The notes: generated by a model not told the origin, from the letters alone. Numbered from the stretch's first letter, positions 1 through 10,168 are shown. The stretch: 64,000 nucleotides of DNA from Patescibacteria group bacterium (GCA_028748975.1 JAQTPI010000001.1:354-64353); one strand, 5' to 3'. Program-made: numbers and translations.

Positions 1-2
1 GA

Positions 3-419
3 CAAAGAACCCAAATGACGCAGGCAGGGCGCAGCGGCAAACAAAATATCGCCGAGGGTTATTTGGAAAAAAGTTTGAAAATGTATATCAAATTGGCCGG
101 TGTCAGCCGCGGTTCCTTTGGCGAACTTTTAGAAGATTATGAGGATATCGCGCGCCAGAAAAAGATTCCTGTTTGGGAGAAAAACGACCAGCGCGTCGGA
201 GCGATCCGAGATATCAGGGTCGGTGAAGGGGTAAAAGTCCCCGATCTCCCCGATAACCCCGAAGAAGCCGTAAACCTTCTTATTACGCTTTTGCACCAAG
301 AAAATTTCTTGCTTGACCGCCAAATTTCCGCTTTGGAGAAAAAATTTATTGCCGAAGGCGGCTATTCGGAGAAGCTTTATCAAGACAGATTACAACAAAG
401 AAATCTTAATAAAAAATAA
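3..419 (+). CDS. Four-helix-bundle protein with four-helix-bundle suffix domain (5' end outside window)
   Basis: QMTQAGRSGKQNIAEG..KLAGVSRGS..ELLEDYED and LEKKFIAEGGYSEKL motifs; frame open to the window edge. Confidence 0.8.
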   Translation, partial: QRTQMTQAGRSGKQNIAEGYLEKSLKMYIKLAGVSRGSFGELLEDYEDIARQKKIPVWEKNDQRVGAIRDIRVGEGVKVPDLPDNPEEAVNLLITLLHQENFLLDRQISALEKKFIAEGGYSEKLYQDRLQQRNLNKK

Positions 420-429
420 ATATATTTAT

Positions 430-1857
430 ATGCAAAGAACTATTTCAATCGAAACACCTAAAAAGATTAATGAAAGCGTCCGCCTCTGCGGCTGGGTTAA
501 TAATCGCAGAAATATGGGCAAAATCACCTTTTTGGATTTGCGCGACCGCTCCGGAATTGTGCAGGTTGTTTGCGTGCCGGCCGAACTGGACGACGTCAGT
601 AATGAAATCTTAAAAGAAATTCGCCCGGAATTTGTTTTGGAAATTGAGGGCCTGGTGCAGGCGCGCGGCGAAAAATCCGTCAATAAAAATTTGGCCACCG
701 GCACTGTGGAAATTTTAGCAAAAAATATAAAAATACTTTCCACCGCAGAAACTCCGCCTTTTGAAATTAATAACGAGGATCTTAAGGCCAACGAAGAATT
801 GCGCCTGAAATATCGCTATCTTGATTTGCGCCACGAACGGATGAAAAACAACATCATCGTGCGCTCCAAAATGATGCAATTTGTGCGCAATTTTTTACAT
901 GGCAAAGATTTTGTGGAAATTCACACGCCGATTCTTTCCAAGTCCACGCCCGAAGGCGCGCGCGACTATTTGGTGCCTTCTCGAAAATATCCGGGCAAGT
1001 TTTTCGCTCTGCCCCAGGCCCCGCAGCAATACAAACAGCTTTTGATGGTTTCCGGCCTGGAAAAGTATTTCCAAATCGCGCCTTGTTTTCGCGATGAAGA
1101 CGCCCGCGCCGACCGCAGCCCCGGCGAATTTTATCAAATTGACATGGAAATGAGTTTTGTGAAACAAGAAGATATTTTAAATTTGGTGGAGAGTATGTTT
1201 ACCAAAATGATCAAAGAATTGTGGCCGGAAAAAAAGATGACTTTTGCCAAATGGCCCAGATTAGACTGGCAAGAGGTGATGGACAAATACAAAACCGACA
1301 AGCCCGATTTGCGCCAAGATAAAAACGACCCCAACGAATTGGCTTTTGCTTTTATTGTGGATTTTCCTCTGTTTTCCAAACAAGCAAAAGATAAAAATAG
1401 CGAAGAACATTTTCATGGCAGTTCGGGTGCTTGGGCTCCTTCCCACAATATGTTTACTCGCCCCAAAGACGAGGATTTGGCGCTTTTGGAAACCGACCCT
1501 GGTAAGGTAAAATCTTACCAGCACGATTTGGTTTTAAACGGCATTGAAGTTGGCGGCGGGGCACTCAGAATTTATGACGCCAAAATTCAGGAAAAGATTT
1601 TTGATTTGATTGGTTTTACCAAAAAAGACAAGGAAATGTTTGCGCATCTGCTTAAGGCTTTTTCTTTTGGCGTGCCGCCGCATGGTGGCATGGCGCCTGG
1701 TTTTGACAGGTTGCTCGCGATTTTACAAAAAGAAGAAAGCATTCGCGAAGTCATTGCTTTCCCGCTTCTGGCCGACGCCCACGACCCATTGATGGACGCG
1801 CCAAGCGAGGTGAGTGATGATCAACTAAAAGAACTGCATTTAAAAATTACCAAATAA
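430..1857 (+). CDS. aspS: Aspartate-tRNA ligase, short form lacking most of the GAD insertion
   Basis: FLDLRDRSG, STPEGARDYLVP, ALPQAPQQYKQLLM, CFRDED, PPHGG; start taken at ATG 430 (MQRT). Confidence 0.95.
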   Translation: MQRTISIETPKKINESVRLCGWVNNRRNMGKITFLDLRDRSGIVQVVCVPAELDDVSNEILKEIRPEFVLEIEGLVQARGEKSVNKNLATGTVEILAKNIKILSTAETPPFEINNEDLKANEELRLKYRYLDLRHERMKNNIIVRSKMMQFVRNFLHGKDFVEIHTPILSKSTPEGARDYLVPSRKYPGKFFALPQAPQQYKQLLMVSGLEKYFQIAPCFRDEDARADRSPGEFYQIDMEMSFVKQEDILNLVESMFTKMIKELWPEKKMTFAKWPRLDWQEVMDKYKTDKPDLRQDKNDPNELAFAFIVDFPLFSKQAKDKNSEEHFHGSSGAWAPSHNMFTRPKDEDLALLETDPGKVKSYQHDLVLNGIEVGGGALRIYDAKIQEKIFDLIGFTKKDKEMFAHLLKAFSFGVPPHGGMAPGFDRLLAILQKEESIREVIAFPLLADAHDPLMDAPSEVSDDQLKELHLKITK

Positions 1858-1861
1858 AAAT

Positions 1862-2248
1862 ATGATTTTAGAAAAAAAACACCAATCACCACAAGAAAAA
1901 AGTTCTTCCGCCGCCGAGATTGAATTTCGTGCTAAAAAAAATTTGGAAACGCGCGAAGATAGGCAACAAGAAGCGGAAAAATTTATCGCCTCGCTTTCCC
2001 AGAAGCCAAAATTTTGGAAACTGACTGGCAGTTCCGCTGACGGGAGTTTTAAACTCGACAGCGACGTCGATGTCACCGCTCTTTATGAAAAAGACGCCGA
2101 TATTCCCATGGCTGAAATTCTGGCGCGCCGGGATCCGGACAATGATTTGGTTGATGGCTTTATTGATTTTCATTATTTTGCCGAAGACTGGGCCGTCTAC
2201 CAGCAAAAACCAGAATTACTGGAAGTGTTGAAGAAATCGTTACTCTAA
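1862..2248 (+). CDS. Hypothetical protein
   Basis: 128-aa ORF directly after aspS; no recognised motif. Confidence 0.6.
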   Translation: MILEKKHQSPQEKSSSAAEIEFRAKKNLETREDRQQEAEKFIASLSQKPKFWKLTGSSADGSFKLDSDVDVTALYEKDADIPMAEILARRDPDNDLVDGFIDFHYFAEDWAVYQQKPELLEVLKKSLL

Positions 2249-2263
2249 AAAATTAAAACAGTT

Positions 2264-5179
2264 ATGTTTGAAAGAAAAATTTATTTCACCGGTATTCTTT
2301 TACTGACCGCGGTTTTTGTCGGCCAGTTTTTTTGCCACCCTGTTTTGGCCGCGCCGGCCTACAACCAGACCACCGGCGTCTACACTGATGATTTTGCCGA
2401 CAACACCGGCTTCACCACTCGAAGTTATGTCAATGTCAACGCCGGCAAACTCCAGTTGACTCATGACGATGACCAAACCGCTTTTACCGCGCCATATAAG
2501 ACTTCTGGTTACGCTTACAGCGCAAAAATTATCCCCACCAGCGTGGCCGAATGGGGAACCTTAAGTTTTGACGCGGTCATCCCCGAGGGCACAACTTTAA
2601 AAGTCCAAGTTTATGATTATTATGATGCCGATTATAACGCGCCCTATAGCGACATCTATTTGACGGGCAACAGTACCGGCTTTTCCACTTCTCCCATTGA
2701 TATCAGTGGCCTGCCAATTTATAGCAGTACCTTAACCGCTCGGGACAAAATAACTAGAATCAATATTAAAGTCACCATGACTACCACCAATACAGATACT
2801 CCGACTTTGGATAATCTGCAGCTTACTTGGACTACTTCGCAGGGCGACCTGACTGCCCAGCCGCTTTACAATTCACCTTGGCCGACAGAACTGCTGAATA
2901 ATCAGGGAACTCTTCGCTCGGCTTATGCCAACAGCAGCGTTTACCCGGCTTTTAAGTGGGCCAGGGATAAGAAAACCACCAATAATTCTCTTTATACCAA
3001 TTTAATTTATGATGGTAAAATTTATTATTCAGATTATTATGAAGATCCGTATCTATATGCCATTAATCGCGACACTGGCGTAGCGCTTTGGCAGAAACAA
3101 TATTTTCCTTTTGGCCACCCGTCCGTCAGTCAAAACGGCACTTTCTATGAGTGGGACATTTCCAACGATACTTTTATCGCCGTTGATTTGGCTGATGGTT
3201 CAGTCAAATGGACTTACGCGTCTTTGGCTGGTCATGGCAATGCCTACACTACCATCGGCGATGATGGTATGATCTATTTTATCACCGCGCCTTCCTCCAA
3301 TGCTAATTTTACGGTTTATGCCATGAATCCCGACGGTTCGGTTGAATGGACAAAAAATCTCGACCCCACCATCTATGATGATTTGATTGGTCGAATAATG
3401 ATCGGTCCCGATGATAATTTATATCTTGCGACCCCATCATCTAATGATTCAACAAATAAATACACCGGTCTTGGTCGACTCTATTCCCTCAGTCCCACCG
3501 ACGGCGCGGTTAATTGGTCTTATGAGGTGGGTGATGTTGGCGGCGAGGCCACCGCGATTGATGACGACGGTGTGATTTATGTTGGCATTGAAGACGTCAC
3601 TTCTTCTGGCCAGGCCAAAAAAATATATGCCTTCAATTCCGACGGCAGTGTCAAGTGGTCTCGAAATCATTTAAGTAGCAATGATATTGGCTATTACAAA
3701 TTTGCCCTCCGCAGTGATAATGTTTTGGTGGCGCACCGTTACAACGCCAGCTACGCTTCTTATTATCTTGATGGTTTTGATACGGCCGACGGCGACCTCT
3801 TATGGTCAATCCCGTCCAGTTATTACGGGAAAGAGTTTTTTTTAGATAAAAACAATGGTTTGTTTGAGGACTACAGCGACGACGCCGGCGTCGTCAGCGA
3901 AAAATATTATGACGCTGACAGAAATCTAAAATGGAAAATTTATTATAATTATTCCGTTGCCGACGGCACCAATAGCCAATATTATTATTTCGGTTTTTAT
4001 CGCGGGCCCATCATGGATGAGCGCGGCTGGCTTTACGGTGGTTTTAGCCGGTTTTATTATGATGCCAGCCGGACGGAAATCGTTGCCAATGAATTTCTCC
4101 AATATTTTGCCTTGGCCCCCTGGACCCTGACTAATTCCTCCAGTATCTCCGGTATTAAACTTGAGGGTGACACTTTGAATTTTTCCGCGACCACAAGCAT
4201 GCTTGAAACTAATCCGCTTTTTGGTGGCACCAATCAGGTCCAGGTGGTTCTTGACAATGGCGATAAGGTGCCCCTAAGCTACAGCTCCACCGCTGCCAAT
4301 GGCGACACAGTCTGGACAGGTTCTTATACTTTCCCTAAAAGCGGTCTTGGCTGTGGCACCCACTCCTACACCGTGGAAGCCAGCCAGACGTATCTTCAAA
4401 CCGATATCACCACGCATTTTGCTTCCGCTCCCACCAATTCCAATAACACCGGCATCACCGCTTCTGGAACTTTTACTTCCATTGGCTGTGGCGGTGGTTT
4501 TGAGCCCGAAGCCTATAATCCGCCCACCCCGCCCACTGGCGCTGGCTTTCAGGTCATTATTAACAATAATGATAAAACAACCAATGACAGAGAAGTTACC
4601 CTTAATTTAATTGGTGGTCCTGATACCGCCAAAATTTCTTTGTCTAATACTCTGGATTTTAAAAACGCGATTCAAGAAAATTATCAAGCTACAAAACAAT
4701 GGGATCTCTGTTCCAGTTCTGGCAATATTATCAAAAACACCTTCTGTCCTGCCGGAGAAAAAATAGTCTATGCCAAGTTCTTCACCAAGTACGGCGTGGC
4801 TACGAGCGCGGTCTTTGACGCCATCAGCTATCAGCCGATAAACACCCCAAGTGCGGCCCGCCCGCTTAACATCGGAAAAATATTAGGTGTCAATAATTCC
4901 AACACTTTTCTAAAAGACCTCAAACTCGGCCAAACCAATTTTGATGTCAAAAGATTGCAAATTTTTCTAAATTCCGATCCTGACACTCAAATTGCCAGAT
5001 CCGGTCCTGGTTCTCCCGGCCAGGAAACTTTCTTTTTTGGCTCTCTCACCAAACTTTCCGTGATTAAATTTCAAGAGAAATATGCCGAAGATATTTTAGT
5101 TCCTCTGGGTTTAAAGCAAGGCACTGGTTTTGTCAGTAAAAACACCAGACTGAAGATAAATGAGTTAATGGGGAAGTAA
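2264..5179 (+). CDS. Secreted/surface protein with PQQ-type beta-propeller repeats and a C-terminal peptidoglycan-binding-like domain
   Basis: Signal peptide; repeated LYA.x.DG..KW blades; C-terminal DLKLG..DVKRLQIFLN..FG.LT..V.KFQ. Confidence 0.8.
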   Translation: MFERKIYFTGILLLTAVFVGQFFCHPVLAAPAYNQTTGVYTDDFADNTGFTTRSYVNVNAGKLQLTHDDDQTAFTAPYKTSGYAYSAKIIPTSVAEWGTLSFDAVIPEGTTLKVQVYDYYDADYNAPYSDIYLTGNSTGFSTSPIDISGLPIYSSTLTARDKITRINIKVTMTTTNTDTPTLDNLQLTWTTSQGDLTAQPLYNSPWPTELLNNQGTLRSAYANSSVYPAFKWARDKKTTNNSLYTNLIYDGKIYYSDYYEDPYLYAINRDTGVALWQKQYFPFGHPSVSQNGTFYEWDISNDTFIAVDLADGSVKWTYASLAGHGNAYTTIGDDGMIYFITAPSSNANFTVYAMNPDGSVEWTKNLDPTIYDDLIGRIMIGPDDNLYLATPSSNDSTNKYTGLGRLYSLSPTDGAVNWSYEVGDVGGEATAIDDDGVIYVGIEDVTSSGQAKKIYAFNSDGSVKWSRNHLSSNDIGYYKFALRSDNVLVAHRYNASYASYYLDGFDTADGDLLWSIPSSYYGKEFFLDKNNGLFEDYSDDAGVVSEKYYDADRNLKWKIYYNYSVADGTNSQYYYFGFYRGPIMDERGWLYGGFSRFYYDASRTEIVANEFLQYFALAPWTLTNSSSISGIKLEGDTLNFSATTSMLETNPLFGGTNQVQVVLDNGDKVPLSYSSTAANGDTVWTGSYTFPKSGLGCGTHSYTVEASQTYLQTDITTHFASAPTNSNNTGITASGTFTSIGCGGGFEPEAYNPPTPPTGAGFQVIINNNDKTTNDREVTLNLIGGPDTAKISLSNTLDFKNAIQENYQATKQWDLCSSSGNIIKNTFCPAGEKIVYAKFFTKYGVATSAVFDAISYQPINTPSAARPLNIGKILGVNNSNTFLKDLKLGQTNFDVKRLQIFLNSDPDTQIARSGPGSPGQETFFFGSLTKLSVIKFQEKYAEDILVPLGLKQGTGFVSKNTRLKINELMGK

Positions 5180-5284
5180 ACTAAGTTTTTTTTATCATAT
5201 AAAAATATGATATAATATCTTTGTCAATAACTAATTTTACCCACCTGTGGATAAGTCTATTGGTGTTGGTAAAAAACATAATCT

Positions 5285-6703
5285 ATGAGAAACCTCCCCG
5301 CTAAAATTTTTAAGAATACTTTTACAGTTGCTTTAACCGTGATTGTTTCTTCGTTCCTTGTTGTTGGCGTGGTTGCGGCCTCAACCACCATCAGCACCAA
5401 CATTGTCACTGATGGCACCATTACAGCTGCTACTAAAATTGGCGCGGCTACCACTACCCCTTTTTATCCTTTGGATGTGAATGGCGATATTCATCAAATT
5501 GGCACGGCTAAGTTCTACCAGAACTATCTGCCCGTGTTTGTGGCTTCTTCCACCATTAAATCTGTTTCCGTCGGTACCGAGGCGGGGAAGGTTTTGGATA
5601 ATAATGGAATAGAAAATGTTTTTGTCGGCTATCAAGCCGGTTTAATCGCCACTTCCTCTGTTGAAAATACCGTCATTGGCACCCAAGCCATGGGCAATGC
5701 CTGGGGCGGTATTAAGGGTGCTCTTGGTTTTAATGTCGCTGTTGGTTATCAGGCGCTCTATTCCGATACCGTCGGTTATAATAATATCGCCGTTGGCTAT
5801 CAAGCCCTTTACGATAACACCGAAGGCGCTGATAATGTGGCTGTTGGTACTTGGTCCTTAGCCAATAATACAACCGGTAATTTTAATACGGCCATGGGGC
5901 GTGACAGTTTATATGTGAATACAACTGGCAGAGAAAATGTGGCTTTTGGCATGCAGACTTTAAACGCTAATACCATTGGTAACTATAATACTGCCATAGG
6001 AAAAGATACCCTAAGCGGCAGTGTCAATGGAAGCAACAATTCTGCCCTTGGTTTCCAGGCGCTTAATTGGATGACGGAGGGATCTTGGAACACGGCACTT
6101 GGTTCTTATGCTTTAGGGCAAACCTATACTAAATCTTTTGCCAACACCGCTGTTGGTTTTGAAGCTGGTCTGACCAATGGCAATAGTCCCTATTATTCCA
6201 ATGCCTCGAGTACCTGGATTGGTTACCAGGCTGGTAAAAATATTCGCACCGGCTCAAGCAACATTGCTCTTGGTTATAAAGCCGCTGAAGCTTTAACCAC
6301 CGGTTCTAATAACATCGTGATTGGTTATGACGTTGACGCCCGCGCCGTGGATGCCAGTAACACTTTAAATATTGGCAATATTTTATTTGGTGATAATTTA
6401 GTTGGCACTGACACCACCATTCGTGGCCGCATCGGCATTGCCACTTCCACTCCCTGGCGGACCAACTTAATGGATTATGGTTTTGTGGTGGCCACCTCCA
6501 CCTTGATTGATGCCAACGCTACCACCACCGGTAACTTTATTATTGGTGATGGTAACACCACCCCAACTTCCACTTTGGAAATTGGCGGTGGCACTGTGGC
6601 CGGCTGTCTAAAAATCAGAGATGCCAACGCCGACGCCTGGACCTATTGCTATACTGATGATGGTAATTTAAGATGCACCACCGAAGATGTTTGCAACAAA
6701 TAA
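5285..6703 (+). CDS. Secreted beta-helix/adhesin- or tail-fibre-like repeat protein
   Basis: N-terminal hydrophobic segment; many 14-aa N.A.G..AL..N..G repeats; GRIGIATSTP motif. Confidence 0.75.
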   Translation: MRNLPAKIFKNTFTVALTVIVSSFLVVGVVAASTTISTNIVTDGTITAATKIGAATTTPFYPLDVNGDIHQIGTAKFYQNYLPVFVASSTIKSVSVGTEAGKVLDNNGIENVFVGYQAGLIATSSVENTVIGTQAMGNAWGGIKGALGFNVAVGYQALYSDTVGYNNIAVGYQALYDNTEGADNVAVGTWSLANNTTGNFNTAMGRDSLYVNTTGRENVAFGMQTLNANTIGNYNTAIGKDTLSGSVNGSNNSALGFQALNWMTEGSWNTALGSYALGQTYTKSFANTAVGFEAGLTNGNSPYYSNASSTWIGYQAGKNIRTGSSNIALGYKAAEALTTGSNNIVIGYDVDARAVDASNTLNIGNILFGDNLVGTDTTIRGRIGIATSTPWRTNLMDYGFVVATSTLIDANATTTGNFIIGDGNTTPTSTLEIGGGTVAGCLKIRDANADAWTYCYTDDGNLRCTTEDVCNK

Positions 6704-6713
6704 TCTTTGAGTA

Positions 6714-6750
6714 AAAAAAGACAGCGTCCAAGCGGGCGCTGTTTTTGTTT
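6714..6750. terminator. Bidirectional intrinsic terminator
   Basis: A-tract, ACAGCGTCC/GGGCGCTGT stem and T-tract between convergent genes. Confidence 0.75.
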
Positions 6751-6768
6751 GAGATTGAGTTGATATTA

Positions 6769-6975
6769 TCACAATCGTTTTTTAAGAGGTTCGGTGTATA
6801 AACTCCCGCAGGTAGGGCAATAATGTAAATTATCCAATGTCGTAAGGGGTGTTTTTGAATGTTCTTCTTGTAAATCTACACAATCTCCACCCACCGGCAC
6901 ATCAAATACCGTTTTGCATATTTGACATCGCCACGACTCCATCCTTGGCATAATACCGCGTTTTTCTAAGGGCAT
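6769..6975 (-). CDS. Small zinc-ribbon protein (CxxC..CPxCG)
   Basis: CQIC and CPTCGS; AAGGAG Shine-Dalgarno. Confidence 0.65.
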   Translation of the reverse strand: MPLEKRGIMPRMESWRCQICKTVFDVPVGGDCVDLQEEHSKTPLTTLDNLHYCPTCGSLYTEPLKKRL

Positions 6976-7004
6976 TTTTTTCTCCTTGTTTTTTTATTTG
7001 TAGT

Positions 7005-7169
7005 TCAGGAATCGTCGGGAAGTGATGGTTCATCTTCCACTGTCATTAACGGCCTGACGTCGGCGCTCCCACAGTAAGAACAGTTTACTACTCCAGTTAC
7101 GCCCGTGTTGACCGAAAAAGATTTTTTACAAGTATTGCAAACATGGGTATTCTTTGTCATTGGTTCCAT
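7005..7169 (-). CDS. Small FmdB-like zinc-ribbon protein, 54 aa (not in ORF track)
   Basis: MEPMTKNTHVCNTCKKSF..VNCSYCGSADV..; AAGGAGG upstream. Confidence 0.65.
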   Translation of the reverse strand: MEPMTKNTHVCNTCKKSFSVNTGVTGVVNCSYCGSADVRPLMTVEDEPSLPDDS

Positions 7170-7332
7170 ATCCCCTTCCTCCTTGTTCTGTTTTTTGACT
7201 TGTTTTTGGGTTGACTAATGTGCTATAATTTAAGTGTAAATCATCGCCTATGCGGCTGTCAAATAAAGACGGTTAACAAAAAACCACCAGGCAAATAATT
7301 AGTTATTTTAAAAATTAAAAATAATCCAAGCG

Positions 7333-7776
7333 ATGATCCCCAACCTTTTTAAAAAAGAACCCATCCCGAAAAAAATTCCTCTAGAAATGCAGAAAGTGGT
7401 GAAAAAATTAAAAAAATGTAAAAGCAAAGAAGAATGTCTGAAGCTGGCTTACGGGGTGATGACAAAAAGATATCGCGGGTATAGGTTTACCACTTATTTG
7501 CGTTTGGGTGAAATTTTTGAGAATGATGTCAATAAGTTGTGGGCCAGGCGCGGTTTTTTGCACTGTAATTTAATGAATTTTCTGTTGCGAGTTTTATTAG
7601 TTAAAAGTGGCTGGTTTAAAGAAAAAGATATAGAACAAAATCATTGCTTGGTCTGGTATATTTCCCTGCATCAGTATTTGCGGGTGGCTGTGGGCGGCGG
7701 AAAGAAAATAAATGTGGATTTGTGGAACGCCTCTTATGGCAAAAAATTCGGGCAGTATGCCCACGGGTTTAGTTAA
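7333..7776 (+). CDS. Transglutaminase-like hypothetical protein
   Basis: Possible Cys-His-Asp triad in LHCN, HQY, VDLW. Confidence 0.5.
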   Translation: MIPNLFKKEPIPKKIPLEMQKVVKKLKKCKSKEECLKLAYGVMTKRYRGYRFTTYLRLGEIFENDVNKLWARRGFLHCNLMNFLLRVLLVKSGWFKEKDIEQNHCLVWYISLHQYLRVAVGGGKKINVDLWNASYGKKFGQYAHGFS

Positions 7777-7783
7777 AAAATGT

Positions 7784-8107
7784 ATGCGCTTGTCAAACCT
7801 CCAAAAATTTATTCTGTTAGAATGCCTAAACTCAAAAACAGGCAAAATTTTGCGTGGAAAATTAAATAAGTTTTATGAGAAAATTGAAAAGAAACCTAAA
7901 ATTGAAATGATGACGAAAATTATCACGCAAAGTATGGAGCGCCTAATTGAAAAAGAACTGCTCGTCGGTTTTGGCGAGCGCACTTCGCATAAATGGTTCA
8001 TTAAAGAAATAAAAATTACGCCGTTTGGCAGAAGAGTAACCAAGAAATTGTTGGGAGAGCAGATGTCTTTGCCGTTTAGTAAAAGCATTAAAGCATTAAA
8101 GCATTAA
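7784..8107 (+). CDS. Winged-helix-like hypothetical protein
   Basis: LSNLQKFIL..SMERLIEKELL..ITPFGR; start ATG 7784. Confidence 0.6.
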   Translation: MRLSNLQKFILLECLNSKTGKILRGKLNKFYEKIEKKPKIEMMTKIITQSMERLIEKELLVGFGERTSHKWFIKEIKITPFGRRVTKKLLGEQMSLPFSKSIKALKH

Positions 8108-8175
8108 AGCATTATTTACCTGCCTGCCGGCAAGGCAGGAAAATTACAAAATTAAAAATTAAAAATTGTAAATAT

Positions 8176-8691
8176 ATGAACAAAAAACTACAAAAATTAT
8201 TAGATGAAAGCAAAAAGAAATACGAAATAATAAATCATCGCACCACTTTTACCGCTTATGATGTCGCGGCCACCCTGCATTTGAAATTAAGCCAAATTGC
8301 CAAAAGTTTACTCGTCAAAACCAATAAACCCCTGGTTCACGGCGCCAAGCCCTATGCTTTGGTTGTTGTGCCGGCTGACAAAAATGTGGATTTGAAAAAG
8401 CTGGCCAAAATCATGAGTACCAAAGATATCCGTGTGGCCAAAGTGGAAATTCCGAAAGAGGGGATTATGAAATCACAATTTAAGGTTAAGCCCGGCAGCA
8501 TGGCCGCCTTTGGCTCTCTTTATAAATTACCTGTTTTTGTGGATAAAGCCGTCAAAGGCCAAATGATTTTCGCCGCCGGCAGTTTTGAAGAAAGCATCAA
8601 AATTAAAGCCGAAGATTTCGTCAAAATTGAAAACGCCCAGACCGGCAGTTTTTCCGTGGCTAAAAAAGCAAATAAAAAGAAAAAGAAATAA
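8176..8691 (+). CDS. YbaK/ProX-family aminoacyl-tRNA editing protein
   Basis: H..FTAYDVAA..IAKSLLVK..VVVPA..VDLKKL..PG.M.AFG. Confidence 0.85.
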   Translation: MNKKLQKLLDESKKKYEIINHRTTFTAYDVAATLHLKLSQIAKSLLVKTNKPLVHGAKPYALVVVPADKNVDLKKLAKIMSTKDIRVAKVEIPKEGIMKSQFKVKPGSMAAFGSLYKLPVFVDKAVKGQMIFAAGSFEESIKIKAEDFVKIENAQTGSFSVAKKANKKKKK

Positions 8692-8704
8692 TTTATAAAA
8701 GGGG

Positions 8705-8786
8705 TGTCATCCTGACGACTCGCCGACAAGGCGAGGAGGAAGGATCTCGTACGAGATTCCTCGTCGCCCCGCTCCTCGGAATGACA
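8705..8786. repeat. TGTCAT..ATGACA double-hairpin element; its ATG is the scpA start
   Basis: TGTCATCCTGA..GAAGGATCTCGT/ACGAGATTCCTC..TCGGAATGACA. Confidence 0.8.
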
Positions 8787-9488
8787 TTTGTTTCAAAAAT
8801 AAACAAGTTTGAAGGTCCGCTTGATCTTCTCTTGCAACTCATTGAAGCCGCTGACTTGGATATTACTGAGGTCTCGATCGCCGATGTGGCCGAACAATTC
8901 ATGGCCTACCTCGCGGCGGTGGAAGAAAAAAATCCGGAAGAACTGGCGGATTTTTTAGTTGTGGCCACAAAACTGCTTTTGATAAAATCGCGCGTGCTTT
9001 TACCAAACGTCGTTTTGGATGAAGAGGGTGAGGGCGATGATTTGGCGCGCCAGCTCAAGATGTATAAAGAATATCTGGACGCCTCCAAAAAAATTGAACA
9101 GATTCTTTTGGACAAAAATATTCTTTTTGCCCGCGAAAAAATTCCGCTGGATATTGAAGCTGTTTTCAATCCGCCCAAAAATATGACCGCCGAAAAACTA
9201 AAAACGCTTTTGATTGGCCTCATCGCCGGCATGGAACCGTTCATTCGCTTGCCGCAAAAATCTTTGGAGCGCGCCGTGTCCATCAAAGAAAAAATCGAAC
9301 AAATCAGAAATAAAATTTTAAACAAAATTAATACCAGTTTTCGCGAACTCGTTGGCGATTCCAAAAACCGCACCGATTTAATCGTCACCTTTTTGGGTCT
9401 TCTGGAATTGGTCAAACAGCGGACAATCGTGGTCAAGCAAGATAAGATGTTTGATGATATTTCCGTATCGCGACTCAACACAGATTAA
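8781..9488 (+). CDS. scpA: Segregation/condensation protein A
   Basis: FEGPLDLLLQLI, FLVVA.KLL.IKSR.LLP, VTFL.LLEL. Confidence 0.95.
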   Translation: MTFVSKINKFEGPLDLLLQLIEAADLDITEVSIADVAEQFMAYLAAVEEKNPEELADFLVVATKLLLIKSRVLLPNVVLDEEGEGDDLARQLKMYKEYLDASKKIEQILLDKNILFAREKIPLDIEAVFNPPKNMTAEKLKTLLIGLIAGMEPFIRLPQKSLERAVSIKEKIEQIRNKILNKINTSFRELVGDSKNRTDLIVTFLGLLELVKQRTIVVKQDKMFDDISVSRLNTD

Positions 9489-9493
9489 TTTTT

Positions 9494-9564
9494 TGTCATT
9501 CCGGCCCCCGAGCCGGAATCCAGAAAAAATGTTCCTGGATCCCGGGTCACGGCCCGGGATGACA
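9494..9564. repeat. TGTCAT..ATGACA double-hairpin element
   Basis: TGTCATTCCGGCCCCCGAGCCGGAATCC..GGATCCCGGGTCACGGCCCGGGATGACA; left half recurs at 27129; related copy at 45405-45473. Confidence 0.85.
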
Positions 9565-9583
9565 TAATTACTACAAAAAATTT

Positions 9584-10168
9584 ATGAAACTAAAAACACT
9601 TGTTGAATCTTTGCTTTTTATCTCTAATAAACCCATGACGCCAAAGAAGTTGGGAGAACTTTGTGATTGTGGTAAAACTGAAGTAGAGACGGTTTTGGAG
9701 GTGATAAAAAATCAATATAACAAGGAAACACCAGAAAGCGGTGTAAAATTTGTAGAGCATAATGGCACGGTTCAATTAGTTACCGCGGCGGAGTCATCTG
9801 CCGTGGTGGAAAAATTCCTCAAAGAAGAACTCACCGGTGAAATGACCCGGCCGCAGCTGGAAGCCCTAACTATTATTGCTTACCGCGGGCCCATCACCAA
9901 AATGGAATTGGAGCAAATCAGAGGCGTCAATTGTTCTCTAATCTTGCGCAATTTAATGATCCGCGGACTGGTGGAAAGCCAGTTGGACAAAAAAATCGGC
10001 GCGCCGCTTTTTCAAGTCACCACTGATTTTGTGCGCTTTCTCGGCCTGACCAGTATCAAAGATCTGCCCGATTATGAAAAGCTTTCCAATAGCGAAGTAA
10101 TCCAAAGCATTCTGGAGCGCAACATGACTGCCATGGAGCCGCTTGACAAAGAAAATAAAATAGAATAA
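9584..10168 (+). CDS. scpB: SMC-Scp complex subunit B
   Basis: ESLLF, LE.L.IIAYRGPIT..E.EQIRGVN, T..F..F.GL.S..DLP. Confidence 0.95.
   Translation: MKLKTLVESLLFISNKPMTPKKLGELCDCGKTEVETVLEVIKNQYNKETPESGVKFVEHNGTVQLVTAAESSAVVEKFLKEELTGEMTRPQLEALTIIAYRGPITKMELEQIRGVNCSLILRNLMIRGLVESQLDKKIGAPLFQVTTDFVRFLGLTSIKDLPDYEKLSNSEVIQSILERNMTAMEPLDKENKIE

Noticed and set aside
5246-5254. DnaA boxes (TGTGGATAA here, TTATCCACA at 42887) as oriC
   Set aside because: Isolated single boxes with no cluster and no dnaA or dnaN nearby.
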